NCBI GenBank assembly: GCA_017517135.1
Contig: JAFXAK010000031.1
Coordinates: 84,782 to 148,781 of the forward strand
Direction of reading: 5' to 3'
Source: Clostridia bacterium
GTDB lineage: Bacteria; Bacillota; Clostridia; Oscillospirales; Acutalibacteraceae
DNA length: 64,000 bases
How positions within the stretch are numbered: position 1 is the first letter of the stretch; each line of letters opens with the position of its first letter. The translations under genes were made by a program, and so were the position numbers. Positions 38,791 to 48,355 of the stretch are shown piece by piece. The notes beneath the pieces were generated by a model. The model had not been told where the DNA came from and ran no database searches. It saw only the letters and a program-made list of their open reading frames with translations.

Positions 38791-39996
38791 ATGAAAGCTT
38801 ACGGAACATATTTTCAGAATGATAAAGATAGGCCCGTAAAGTACGGGGAAATCAATCTTATCAACCCCGAAAGACAGCGGCTCAGAGGTGAGCCCCTGTA
38901 TAAAGGAATTGAGGCTTATCCCGTTTTTCAGGGCTTCTGCGGAACAGACTTTGAGCTGATGAAAATGGGACGCGAGGGGAAGCTTTCAGCAAAATTCCCC
39001 GAGGGAGAATTGAGACTTATAAACGGACACGAAGGTGTTGTGTGGGTGCCATCTCAGAACAGATTTGCGATAGTGCTTATCCGAGGCGGTGACAGCTTTG
39101 ATCCCACTCGCTATACAGAGGACGAAACATATTTTGAATACGGCTGTGACAAGGCAGACGGTCTTTTCTGCGACAAAAACTATTTCAATCCCGATATGCT
39201 TCTGCATCTCCCTGAAAAATACAAAAAACTCAAAAAATTACCCTTATCGGTTGCAAAGCGACTGTCCTTTGCCGATCCGTATGCCTGTGCTATATTCCAG
39301 CTTGAAAGAATGGAGGACCTCGGTGAAGCACAGAATTTCAGAGTGGAAATGGCAAAGCACAAATGCTCCGAAGAAGAAGCAAGAAAACTTGCAAAGGAAA
39401 ATATTTTCTCAAAAACAGTTATCTTCGGCCTTGGTATGACAGGTCTTTTCATTGCAGACCAGATTAAACGCCATCACCCCGAGGCACAGCTTCTCTTTGT
39501 GGGAAGAAGCGACGAAAGCTGTAAAAAGGTTACCTTCTCAAAGGAAATCGCAAATGCTGATTATCTTTGTACGGCAGGACTTACAGAAAAAGAAACCGCA
39601 GAGAAAATAATGGAAATGTTGGGCGGCAGAGCAACTATGTTTGTGGGAACAAGCGGCTCGGACACAGAGCACAGAGTTGCATTCGAGCACAAGGTACTCG
39701 GCTGTAACGGTGTGTACAACAGCTTTTCATTAGGCCCTAAGGTGTGCTACGACACAATGCCCTTCGGATTTGAGAATCATCTTATCTTTGCTTCAATCAA
39801 TTTCCGTCAGGAGCATATGGAAAAGGCAATAGATGTACTTGTTGACAGCCGTTATGACGAGGTTGTTGAGCTTATTGACAAGGATGAGTTTATCGCTGAT
39901 CCGCTCTATGCTTACGAAAATAAAATATTCTGCAAGGGTGCACCTCTCAAGACGGGTGTTATCTGGGACAAAAATTATATAGAAGAGGATGAATAA
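38791..39996 (+). CDS. MDR-superfamily dehydrogenase resembling archaeal-type glucose/aldose 1-dehydrogenases
   Basis: GFCGTDFELM and INGHEGV are Zn-ligand-type motifs, and the nucleotide fold is VIFGLGMTGLF. The start is the ATG at 38791 after AGGTGA. Confidence 0.65.
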   Translation: MKAYGTYFQNDKDRPVKYGEINLINPERQRLRGEPLYKGIEAYPVFQGFCGTDFELMKMGREGKLSAKFPEGELRLINGHEGVVWVPSQNRFAIVLIRGGDSFDPTRYTEDETYFEYGCDKADGLFCDKNYFNPDMLLHLPEKYKKLKKLPLSVAKRLSFADPYACAIFQLERMEDLGEAQNFRVEMAKHKCSEEEARKLAKENIFSKTVIFGLGMTGLFIADQIKRHHPEAQLLFVGRSDESCKKVTFSKEIANADYLCTAGLTEKETAEKIMEMLGGRATMFVGTSGSDTEHRVAFEHKVLGCNGVYNSFSLGPKVCYDTMPFGFENHLIFASINFRQEHMEKAIDVLVDSRYDEVVELIDKDEFIADPLYAYENKIFCKGAPLKTGVIWDKNYIEEDE

Positions 39997-39997
39997 A

Positions 39998-41017
39998 ATG
40001 AAAGCTATAGTAATTCCGAATCCAAACGAAATTGAAATAAGAGAAATCCCTATGCCCGAAATTAAAGAGGGTGAGGCACTTCTCAAGGTAAAATATGTAG
40101 GCATATGCGGTGCGGATATTGCATCCTTTACGGGCAATCAACCCTTTACAACATATCCGAGAATCCCCGGCCACGAGTTTTCGGCTGAAATCGTGTCAAT
40201 TCCCGAAAATGATAAGGGGCTCAAAATCGGAGATATCGTAACCTGTAATCCGTATTTCAACTGCGGTAGCTGTTATTCATGTGAACGCGGCTTTGTTAAC
40301 TGCTGTACGGATAATCAGACTATGGGTGTGCAAAGAGACGGAGCATTCTGTGAATACATTTCAATGCCCGTTGAAAGAATTTACCCCGGCAAAGGTCTTT
40401 CGGCACAGGAGTTAGCTTTGATTGAGCCGTTTTCAATTTCACAGCATGCCACTTCCCGTGCTGAAATCAAGGAAAGTGACAGCGTGCTTGTAATCGGTGC
40501 CGGCCCTATCGGTCTTTTCGCTCTGCTTGCAGCAAAGCAGAAATGCAAAAAAATAGTTGTTGCAGATATTCTCGATAACCGTCTCGCACTCGCAAAAGAA
40601 TACGGTGCGGATGCGGTTGTCAACACCAAAAGGCAGTCCCTTGAGGAGTTCACAAAGGAATTTACAAACGGTAACGGCTTTGATGTGTGCATTGAAGCCT
40701 GCGGTGCGCCCGAAACATTCTTAGCCTGTATTGAAAATGCGGCTTTTGCGGCAAATATCATACTTATCGGCAACGGCAAGAGAGAAACTAATTTCGTTCA
40801 CTCCGTTATTCTTAAAAAAGAGCTTAACATCCACGGCAGCCGTAATGCGTTAAAGGACGATTTTATAAATAATATTGATATTGTGTCTTCCTGTAAGGCA
40901 GATGTTATGAAAATGGTAAGCGGTGTTTACGATATGAATGATGCTCTTGATGCCTTCAGGGCACTCGCAAACAATGACGGCACATTAGCAAAGCTTTTGA
41001 TAAAAATCGGTGATTAA
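39998..41017 (+). CDS. Zinc-dependent alcohol/polyol dehydrogenase (MDR)
   Basis: GICGADI and PGHEFS mark the catalytic site. The structural-Zn cluster is CGSCYSCERGFVNCC and the nucleotide fold is VIGAGPIG. Confidence 0.88.
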   Translation: MKAIVIPNPNEIEIREIPMPEIKEGEALLKVKYVGICGADIASFTGNQPFTTYPRIPGHEFSAEIVSIPENDKGLKIGDIVTCNPYFNCGSCYSCERGFVNCCTDNQTMGVQRDGAFCEYISMPVERIYPGKGLSAQELALIEPFSISQHATSRAEIKESDSVLVIGAGPIGLFALLAAKQKCKKIVVADILDNRLALAKEYGADAVVNTKRQSLEEFTKEFTNGNGFDVCIEACGAPETFLACIENAAFAANIILIGNGKRETNFVHSVILKKELNIHGSRNALKDDFINNIDIVSSCKADVMKMVSGVYDMNDALDAFRALANNDGTLAKLLIKIGD

Positions 41018-41018
41018 A

Positions 41019-42335
41019 ATGAAAGAAACAATAATTCAGTTCGGTGAAGGCAATTTTCTGAGAGGATTTTTTGATTATTTCCTTGATGTAATGAACAAAA
41101 CAGGTCTTTACGACGGTAAGGCAGTTGTAATCCAGCCGAGAGCGGGCGGTAAATGTCAGCTTCTCAACGCTCAGGACTGCAGCTATAATCTTTATTTAAG
41201 AGGCATTGAAAACGGCGAAACAAAACAGGAGCATCATTTTATTGAAGCAATTTCAAGAGGTATTGATCCTTACAAGAATTTTGATGAGTATATCTCCCTT
41301 GCCGATAACCCCGATTTCAGATTTATTGTGTCAAACACAACAGAAGCGGGCATCAGCTTTGACGATACCTGCTGTTTTGAAGACAAGCCATGCAAATCCT
41401 TCCCCGGCAAGCTTACACAGCTGCTTTACAGGAGATATAAAAACGGCTTAAAGGGCTTTATTCTGCTTCCCTGCGAGCTTATTGACAATAACGGCGATGC
41501 ACTTAAAGAATGTGTATTGCAGTATGCCGGGCTCTGGTCACTTGAAGAGGGCTTTAGCGAGTGGATAGAAAACGAAAATCATTTTGCCAACACTCTTGTT
41601 GACAGAATTGTTACGGGCTACCCCGCAGACGAAACAAAGGATAAGTACCCCGATGACAAATTCCTCGACACCGCAGAGCTTTTCCACCTCTGGGTAATTG
41701 AGGGCGATTTTGAAGACGAATTCCCTCTTAAAAAAGCAGGCTTCAATGTTGTGTGGACAACTGATGCAAAGCCTTATAAAAAAATAAAGGTAAGAATTCT
41801 CAACGGTGCACACACATCCCTTGTTGCCGCAAGTCTGCTTTCAGGCATTGAAACGGTAGGTCAGGCAATGAAGGACGCAACGGCAAATGCTTTTCTCAAC
41901 AAGTGTATGAAAGAGGAAATTCTGCCCACTATAGGTGAAAATGAGGAAAGTGTGAGCTTTGCGAAGCATGTTTTTGACCGCTTCGGCAACCCCTTTATTC
42001 AGCACAAATGGCGTTCAATAGCACTCAATTCCGTAAGCAAATTTTCCGTAAGAGTGCTTCCTACCCTTTTGGAATACAAGGAAAAGAACGGTGTGTATCC
42101 CAAAGGACTTACCTTCTCACTCGCAGCATTGATTTATTTTTATAAAAACGATACCCCCGACGATGCGGCAGATGCTGTTGAGAGTATGAAAAATGACAGC
42201 ATTGCAGATATCCTTAAAAATACCGCGTTGTGGCAGACAGACCTTTCGGATATGACTGATACCGTAACTGCGTATTACAATAAAATTGACTTACTCGGTG
42301 CAAAGGAAGCAATGAAATGGATACTGTCAGAATAA
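41019..42335 (+). CDS. uxaB: Tagaturonate reductase / altronate oxidoreductase-like (mannitol dehydrogenase family)
   Basis: IIQFGEGNFLRGFFDYF is a UxaB-type N-terminus, the protein is 438 aa, and it sits directly upstream of uxaA. Confidence 0.8.
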   Translation: MKETIIQFGEGNFLRGFFDYFLDVMNKTGLYDGKAVVIQPRAGGKCQLLNAQDCSYNLYLRGIENGETKQEHHFIEAISRGIDPYKNFDEYISLADNPDFRFIVSNTTEAGISFDDTCCFEDKPCKSFPGKLTQLLYRRYKNGLKGFILLPCELIDNNGDALKECVLQYAGLWSLEEGFSEWIENENHFANTLVDRIVTGYPADETKDKYPDDKFLDTAELFHLWVIEGDFEDEFPLKKAGFNVVWTTDAKPYKKIKVRILNGAHTSLVAASLLSGIETVGQAMKDATANAFLNKCMKEEILPTIGENEESVSFAKHVFDRFGNPFIQHKWRSIALNSVSKFSVRVLPTLLEYKEKNGVYPKGLTFSLAALIYFYKNDTPDDAADAVESMKNDSIADILKNTALWQTDLSDMTDTVTAYYNKIDLLGAKEAMKWILSE

Positions 42336-43690
42336 ACGAAAAGGATAATGTGAGTGTAAGCCTTGAAACAGGCCACAAGTCAGCCTTAGTTGACATCCCC
42401 GAGGGTGCAGACATTATAAAATACGGCTATCCTATAGGTGTAGCTACTCAGGACATAAAAAAGGGCGAGAGTGTACACTCGCACAATATGAGAACAAAAT
42501 TAGGCGATATTCTTTCCTATGAATATACCCCCCGCTTTACTTATCCAAAAGCAACAGAGCCATTCTACATAGATGCCTTTGTCCGCGAAAACGGGGATAT
42601 AGGCATAAGAAACGACATATGGATAGTCCCCACAGTCGGCTGTGTGAACAGCATCGGCAAAATCCTTGCCGAAAAAACGGGAGCTGTGTATTTTCCCCAC
42701 CCCTACGGCTGCAGTCAGTTGGGTGACGATATGAAAATCACTCAGCTGATTTTAAGAGGTCTTATAAAGCATCCCAATGCAGGCGGTGTACTCGTTTTAG
42801 GTCTTGGATGCGAAAACAACAATATTCCCGAAATGAAAAAGGTTCTGGGAAATGTAAACGAAAAAAGAATCCGCTTTCTCTCCGTTCAGGACTGTGAGGA
42901 TGAAGTAAGCCGGGGCATTGAATTAATCAACGAGTTAAAGCTCATAGCGTCAGAGGACGAAAGACAGAGCGTGCCTGTATCAAGGCTTAAAATCGGTCTT
43001 AAATGCGGCGGCTCGGACGGTTTTTCGGGTATCACCGCAAATGCGGTTGTCGGAAAAGTAACTGACGAAATCTGTGCTATGGGCGGTACGGCTGTTCTCA
43101 CCGAGGTGCCCGAAATGTTCGGTGCGGAAACTGTTTTATTTGAAAGATGCGAAAGCAAAGAAATTTTTGAAAAGGGTGTCAGCCTTATCAATAATTTCAA
43201 GCAGTATTTCAAAAATCACTCTCAGCCCGTGTCCGAAAATCCCTCTCCCGGTAATAAAGAGGGCGGCATTACAACGCTTGAGGAAAAGTCCCTCGGCTGT
43301 GTACAAAAGGGCGGCAATGCGGTTATCACCGATGTGCTTGACTACGGCGACACTCTCACAAAAACGGGACTTAATCTCTTAAACGGCCCCGGAAATGATA
43401 TCGTTTCAATAACAAATCTTGCAGCAGCAGGCTGTCATATGATACTGTTCACAACGGGCAGAGGAACGCCTTTGGGCGGTGCGGTGCCGACTGTCAAAAT
43501 CGCATCAAATGACCGCATTGCAGAGAAAAAAGCTCATTGGATAGATTTTTCCGCTTTCGGCTCTGATAAACAGCAAAAAGCTGACGAATTACTTGAGCTT
43601 ATAAAGCAGGTTGCAGACGGCAGACAGACAAAAAATGAAATTTCAGGCAACCGTGAAATTGCAATATTTAAAGACGGAGTAACATTATGA
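42317..43690 (+). CDS. uxaA: UxaA-family sugar-acid dehydratase (altronate dehydratase-like)
   Basis: The N-terminal SAF domain (RINEKDNVSVSLETG...IKYGYPIG) is followed by a GD_AH_C-type region (GLGCENN, CGGSDGFSGITAN). Confidence 0.88.
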   Translation: MDTVRINEKDNVSVSLETGHKSALVDIPEGADIIKYGYPIGVATQDIKKGESVHSHNMRTKLGDILSYEYTPRFTYPKATEPFYIDAFVRENGDIGIRNDIWIVPTVGCVNSIGKILAEKTGAVYFPHPYGCSQLGDDMKITQLILRGLIKHPNAGGVLVLGLGCENNNIPEMKKVLGNVNEKRIRFLSVQDCEDEVSRGIELINELKLIASEDERQSVPVSRLKIGLKCGGSDGFSGITANAVVGKVTDEICAMGGTAVLTEVPEMFGAETVLFERCESKEIFEKGVSLINNFKQYFKNHSQPVSENPSPGNKEGGITTLEEKSLGCVQKGGNAVITDVLDYGDTLTKTGLNLLNGPGNDIVSITNLAAAGCHMILFTTGRGTPLGGAVPTVKIASNDRIAEKKAHWIDFSAFGSDKQQKADELLELIKQVADGRQTKNEISGNREIAIFKDGVTL

Positions 43691-44562
43691 TTATAGATGC
43701 ACACGCACATCTGTGGAAAAAACAGAACGGTATTGTAAACGGCAAGGCAGTTTACGATATAGGCGGCGGAAAAAGTAATTTCGGCGGTGAAATACGCCAG
43801 ATGATGCCCCCATATATGACTGACGGAGAAAACAGCATAGAACGCTTTATTGCGAATATGGACTATGCCGGTGTTTCGGGGGCGGTTATCACTCAGGAAT
43901 ATATTGACGGCAATCAGGACACTTATCTTCTTGAGGCAAAGCAGAAATATCCCGACAGAATAAAAATCTGTGCTTTGTATGAAGAAAGGGAAATGACGGA
44001 CATTTCTCTTTTTGACGGAATTAAAATCTGTGCTTCAAGGCTTAAGGATAAAAATTTACTTAACCACCTTGAGCCTTTTAAGAAAGCCAACGAAAGCGGA
44101 AAATTTATTTCCATAGACCTTGCAGACGGTGACGGGCAGACAGCAGATTTGAATAAAATCGCACAGCTTTTCCCCGACTTAAAAATCGCAATAGGTCATT
44201 TCGGAATGGTAACAAGAGAAAACTGGCTTGAGCAGATAAAGCTTGCAAAAAATAAAAATGTTTTCATTGAAAGCGGCGGCATAACCTGGCTTTTCAATTA
44301 TGAGTTCTATCCCTTCCCATCAGCTGTTAAAGCAATAATTGAAGCGGCAGAATGTGTAGGCTTCAATAAGCTTATGTGGGGCAGCGACTATCCCCGCACA
44401 ATGACCGCGATAACTTATAAAATGAGCCTTGATTTTATCGAGAAAACAACTGAAATATCTCAGAAAAACAAGCTTTTACTTTTAGGGGAAAACGCAAGAA
44501 GCTTTTACGGCTTCGGGGATATCAAAGTACCCGAAAAGGTAAAAAATATGGTTGAGGAGTAA
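43687..44562 (+). CDS. Amidohydrolase_2 family metal hydrolase (sugar lactonase-like)
   Basis: MIIDAHAHLW is followed by a C-terminal WGSDYP motif. Its start overlaps the uxaA stop (ATGA). Confidence 0.83.
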   Translation: MIIDAHAHLWKKQNGIVNGKAVYDIGGGKSNFGGEIRQMMPPYMTDGENSIERFIANMDYAGVSGAVITQEYIDGNQDTYLLEAKQKYPDRIKICALYEEREMTDISLFDGIKICASRLKDKNLLNHLEPFKKANESGKFISIDLADGDGQTADLNKIAQLFPDLKIAIGHFGMVTRENWLEQIKLAKNKNVFIESGGITWLFNYEFYPFPSAVKAIIEAAECVGFNKLMWGSDYPRTMTAITYKMSLDFIEKTTEISQKNKLLLLGENARSFYGFGDIKVPEKVKNMVEE

Positions 44563-44567
44563 ACTAT

Positions 44568-44855
44568 ATGCAGTATATTCTTATAGGCACCGGATGCACC
44601 CCTTTTTCTCTTTGTCTTGTTGATGATGAAATTGCCGAAAATCTGACAGATTACGGTGTAAATTTCTGCACATGGACACACAACGGACCTAAAGCCGATA
44701 TTTTAAGAAAAAACGGTTTTGGTTACGAAAAAGAATTTATTGAATATCTCAATACTGTAGCAGCACCCTATTGTACGCCTGCGAGATTTATCAAAACATT
44801 AGAAAACTATGATATTCCGAAGCAATATAAAAAGCTTCCCCGTTTCATTTTTTAA
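44568..44855 (+). CDS. Hypothetical protein (95 aa)
   Basis: It has a GAGGAG RBS and is tightly linked to the preceding gene. I recognise no family. Confidence 0.5.
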   Translation: MQYILIGTGCTPFSLCLVDDEIAENLTDYGVNFCTWTHNGPKADILRKNGFGYEKEFIEYLNTVAAPYCTPARFIKTLENYDIPKQYKKLPRFIF

Positions 44856-44904
44856 CAAAAAACAACTCTTCAACAACCGTTTACTCTACCTTCTTTTGCT
44901 CGTC

Positions 44905-44933
44905 TTACATTTATTTTTCTTAATTGATATAAT
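44905..44933 (+). promoter_or_regulatory. Promoter with extended -10
   Basis: TTACAT (44905-44910) is separated by 17 nt from TATAAT (44928-44933). The -10 is preceded by TGA, giving a TGnTATAAT element. Confidence 0.45.
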
Positions 44934-44963
44934 ACATTCAATAAAACAAACGGAGGCTTTGTT

Positions 44964-45047
44964 ATGCTTGATGCTTTCAGATTTTTCTTTAAAATTATAA
45001 AAATGTACAGATGCGTGACTTCAATTCCAAGAGAGATAATTATCTGA
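44964..45047 (+). CDS. Micro-ORF (27 aa), speculative
   Basis: ACGGAGG lies 7 nt upstream of the ATG. The peptide is MLDAFRFFFKIIKMYRCVTSIPREIII. Its stop overlaps the ATG of a 13-codon ORF (MFETDEYADVTFK). Confidence 0.3.
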   Translation: MLDAFRFFFKIIKMYRCVTSIPREIII

Positions 45048-45095
45048 TGTTTGAAACAGACGAATATGCAGATGTAACATTTAAATAAAAATCAT

Positions 45096-45134
45096 AGGAT
45101 GTAAAGTAATCAAAAAAACTTTGCATCCTTTTTA
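45096..45134 (+). terminator. Intrinsic terminator closing the micro-ORF unit
   Basis: The arms aggatgtaaag (45096-45106) and ctttgcatcct (45119-45129) carry one G-U position, and are followed by TTTTT. Confidence 0.55.
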
Positions 45135-45205
45135 TGTATATTTATGTAGAATTATTTTCTTTTGTATGGTATAATCACCTAATCAATAAATCGGGAGGCA
45201 ACAAT

Positions 45206-46867
45206 ATGGCATGGTATGACGAAGCCGTATTTTATCATATTTATCCTTTGGGCTTGACAGGTGCACCCAAGCTTAACCCTTATTCTCAGCCCGTACACAG
45301 ACTGAACACCCTTTTACCGTGGATTTCGCATATAAAGGAAATCGGCTGTAATGCTCTTTACATCGGACCTCTTTTTGAATCGGTAGGTCACGGTTATGAA
45401 ACAACGGACTACAAAAAAGCGGATTCGCGACTCGGTACAAACGAGGACCTTACAAGCTTTGTGGCTGAATGTCACAGACAGGGAATCCGTGTTATTTTAG
45501 ACGGTGTTTTCAACCACACGGGCAGAGATTTCTTTGCTTTCAGAGACATCAAAGAAAAAAGAGAAAACTCACGGTACAGAGATTGGTACTGCAATGTAAA
45601 TTTTTTTGGCAACAACTCATATAATGACGGCTTTTCCTATGAAAACTGGGGCGGATATGATTTGCTCGTAAAATTAAATCAGAAAAATCCGGCAGTCAAG
45701 GACTATATCTGCGATATTATCCGCTTCTGGGTAAAAGAATTCGACATTGACGGAATCCGTCTTGATGCGGCAGATGTTATGGATTTTGACTATATGAAGG
45801 CTCTGCGTCAGACAGCAAACGAGGTAAAGCCCGATTTTTGGCTTATGGGTGAGGTCATCCACGGAAATTACTCACGCTGGGCAAATGACGGCACTCTTCA
45901 CTCCGTCACAAACTATATGCTTCACAAGGCACTCTACTCTGCACACAACGACCACAATTATTTTGAGGTTGCACACACAATCAAGTATGTCAACGATATG
46001 ACAGGCGGAAGGCTTAAGCTCTATACATTTGTTGACAATCACGATGTTGAACGAATTTACACAAAGCTCAGAAATAAAGCGCATTTTGTACCCGTACACA
46101 TTATGCTTTATACCCTGCCCGGTATTCCGTCAATATATTACGGCTCGGAGTTCGGTATTGAGGGCAGAAAGGAAAGAGGCTCTGACGATTCCTTGAGACC
46201 TCAGCTTGATATTGAAAACTATAAGGATGCGGTAAAAACAAATCCTTACACAAGGCTCATTTCGGCACTCGGCAAAATCCGTCAGCATACTCCCGCTCTG
46301 CAATACGGTGACTACAAGGAGCTTGTATTGCAGACAAGCCATTTTGCATATTCGAGAACGCTTGACGGTAAATCTGTAATTATTTGTGTCAACAACTCCG
46401 ACAACGCTGTTTCCTTGACACTCCCCTGCACCGATACAAAGGCATATACAGGTGCACTTTCGGGAAAAAATTTAAGTGTCAGCAACAGACATATCAATGT
46501 ACAGATACCTGCAAACAGCGGTGAAATCTGGATTCCGTCAGAAATTACGCCAGAAGACTTTACCCCCGTTGAAACAAACGAAAGCCAAAAAGCGGCTCAG
46601 AAAATCAAAACAAAAATAAAGCCTGTTGAGCAAGTAAAAAGCTCCGAAGAAAAAAAGGCTGAAGAAAAGAAAGCTGAAGAAAAAACTCAGAAAGCTCCGC
46701 TTGACCTTAATAAGCCCTATGAGGAGATGTCTGTTGAGGAGCTGCAGGAGGCAATTCTCGAAAAAATGAGAAAAAACGGCCCCGTAACAGACTATATGCT
46801 CGGCACGGTCAGAGAAAATACGCATCGCGGCTCACTTATCAACTGGGCAAAAAGCTTCAACAGATAA
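45206..46867 (+). CDS. GH13 alpha-amylase-family enzyme (intracellular, neopullulanase/cyclomaltodextrinase-like) with unusual C-terminal tail
   Basis: The ATG at 45206 follows GGGAGG. The GH13 regions are VILDGVFNHTG, GIRLDAADV, WLMGEVIH and FVDNHD. There is no signal peptide. Confidence 0.9.
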   Translation: MAWYDEAVFYHIYPLGLTGAPKLNPYSQPVHRLNTLLPWISHIKEIGCNALYIGPLFESVGHGYETTDYKKADSRLGTNEDLTSFVAECHRQGIRVILDGVFNHTGRDFFAFRDIKEKRENSRYRDWYCNVNFFGNNSYNDGFSYENWGGYDLLVKLNQKNPAVKDYICDIIRFWVKEFDIDGIRLDAADVMDFDYMKALRQTANEVKPDFWLMGEVIHGNYSRWANDGTLHSVTNYMLHKALYSAHNDHNYFEVAHTIKYVNDMTGGRLKLYTFVDNHDVERIYTKLRNKAHFVPVHIMLYTLPGIPSIYYGSEFGIEGRKERGSDDSLRPQLDIENYKDAVKTNPYTRLISALGKIRQHTPALQYGDYKELVLQTSHFAYSRTLDGKSVIICVNNSDNAVSLTLPCTDTKAYTGALSGKNLSVSNRHINVQIPANSGEIWIPSEITPEDFTPVETNESQKAAQKIKTKIKPVEQVKSSEEKKAEEKKAEEKTQKAPLDLNKPYEEMSVEELQEAILEKMRKNGPVTDYMLGTVRENTHRGSLINWAKSFNR

Positions 46868-46894
46868 AATATGCAGCATATAAGCCGAATCGTG

Positions 46895-46923
46895 TTGAAA
46901 ATTGCAGTATTCGGTGATATAAT
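46895..46923 (+). promoter_or_regulatory. Promoter of the transporter/peptidase pair
   Basis: TTGAAA (46895-46900) is separated by 17 nt from TATAAT (46918-46923), with an upstream TG. Confidence 0.5.
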
Positions 46924-46963
46924 CTGTTCATCATAAAACAAGAAAAAGAAAGGTCGACAGACA

Positions 46964-48355
46964 ATGGCAAACACTTTACCGAAAAGAAAAATGTACCGCT
47001 ACTGCCTTGCAGATATTGCAAAGGGCTTGTTTACGGGTATGATAAGCAATTATCTTCTGTATTTCTTCCAGCCCACAGCAAAAAGCGGTCTGCCCGTTTT
47101 ATTACCTGAAAACAAGCTTTTAGGCTTTATAACCATTATGGCTCTTATCACGGCTCTCGGAAAGATAGTTGATGCCGTAACAGACCCTATAGTTGCATCT
47201 CTTTCTGATAAATGCAAGCATAAGGCAGGCAGAAGAATGCCGTTTTTACGCTATGCGGCTATTCCCTATGCCCTTTCAGTTCTTATGATCTTCTATGCTC
47301 CCTTCTCTCAGGGCTCTGTGCTGAATGCAGTATGGGTAGGCTTCTTCCTTATTACATACTACACCTCCTACACATTCTTCTTCATCCCGAGAAATGCTCT
47401 TGTGCCTGAGATAATCCCCGATGCAAAGGTCAGAGTAGGCTATTACGGAATGAGCACAGTATTCTTTATGGGCTCAAGCTCGTTTATGTATGCCGCAACT
47501 CTCTTTGTTGATATGCTCAAAAATGCAGGTCTTTCTCCCTTGTGGGCGTGGAGAACGGTTTTCACCGTCTTTGCGGCAATCGGTATCACCTGTCTGCTTT
47601 TAAGTGCATATGCTTTCGAGGAAAAGGATTATGTTCAGAAAAACACAAAGCCAAAGGAATCAATGATCAAGTCCTTCGGGATTGTTCTCAGAAACAAGAA
47701 CTTTGTTATTTTCAGCCTCGGAGACCTTTTCAGCGGTATTTCAATGGCTTTCTTCCAGACAGCTATGCTTTACTATATCACAATGCTTCTCAATGTTCCC
47801 GAGTCACAGTCCTTCCTTGTTATGCTTGCAGCCATTGCCGTTGCCATATGCTTATTCCCGCTTATTATCAAATTAAGCCGTAAATACAACAAAAAAATGC
47901 CTTTGATTATTGCAAGCATAGTTTTTACCGCTGTTTTCGGTCTTATCTATTTCGGTGACAAAATTGCCGCGCTCGCTCCCGGCAACGAGCTTTTCATAGG
48001 CTTGGGAATGGGTGTTATCGTATCCTTCCCCTTTGCGGCAATCAATATCTTGCCGCAGTCAGTTGTTTCCGACATCATTCAGTGCGATTCCCTTGTAAGC
48101 GGTGTAAACCGTGAGGGTATATTCTCCGCAGTCAAAACATTTATTGAGAAAATAGCATCAGCCGTTGCAATGATGGGTGTTTCGAGTATACTCGCAATAG
48201 GTGCCGCAGCAAACGAATCCGTAGGTCTTCAGGGCGTTAAGCTTACAGGTGTTTTTGCAGGTATATTCAGTCTGCTTTCTCTTATCGTGTTTATTTTCTA
48301 TAACGATAAAAAGGTTACAAAGACCATAGAAGAATACAGAAAAGAGGAAAAATAA
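46964..48355 (+). CDS. GPH-family (glycoside-pentoside-hexuronide) cation symporter, MFS
   Basis: The protein has 12 TM segments. The DAVTDPIVASLSDK...GRRMPF loop is typical of MelB/GPH transporters. Confidence 0.87.
   Translation: MANTLPKRKMYRYCLADIAKGLFTGMISNYLLYFFQPTAKSGLPVLLPENKLLGFITIMALITALGKIVDAVTDPIVASLSDKCKHKAGRRMPFLRYAAIPYALSVLMIFYAPFSQGSVLNAVWVGFFLITYYTSYTFFFIPRNALVPEIIPDAKVRVGYYGMSTVFFMGSSSFMYAATLFVDMLKNAGLSPLWAWRTVFTVFAAIGITCLLLSAYAFEEKDYVQKNTKPKESMIKSFGIVLRNKNFVIFSLGDLFSGISMAFFQTAMLYYITMLLNVPESQSFLVMLAAIAVAICLFPLIIKLSRKYNKKMPLIIASIVFTAVFGLIYFGDKIAALAPGNELFIGLGMGVIVSFPFAAINILPQSVVSDIIQCDSLVSGVNREGIFSAVKTFIEKIASAVAMMGVSSILAIGAAANESVGLQGVKLTGVFAGIFSLLSLIVFIFYNDKKVTKTIEEYRKEEK

Noticed and set aside
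44809-45000. A 63-aa plus-strand ORF overlapping the end of the 95-aa gene.
   Set aside because: It runs through a predicted promoter, has Leu/Phe-rich low-complexity composition, and has no RBS. The shorter SD-preceded micro-ORF at 44964 is a better, though still speculative, reading.
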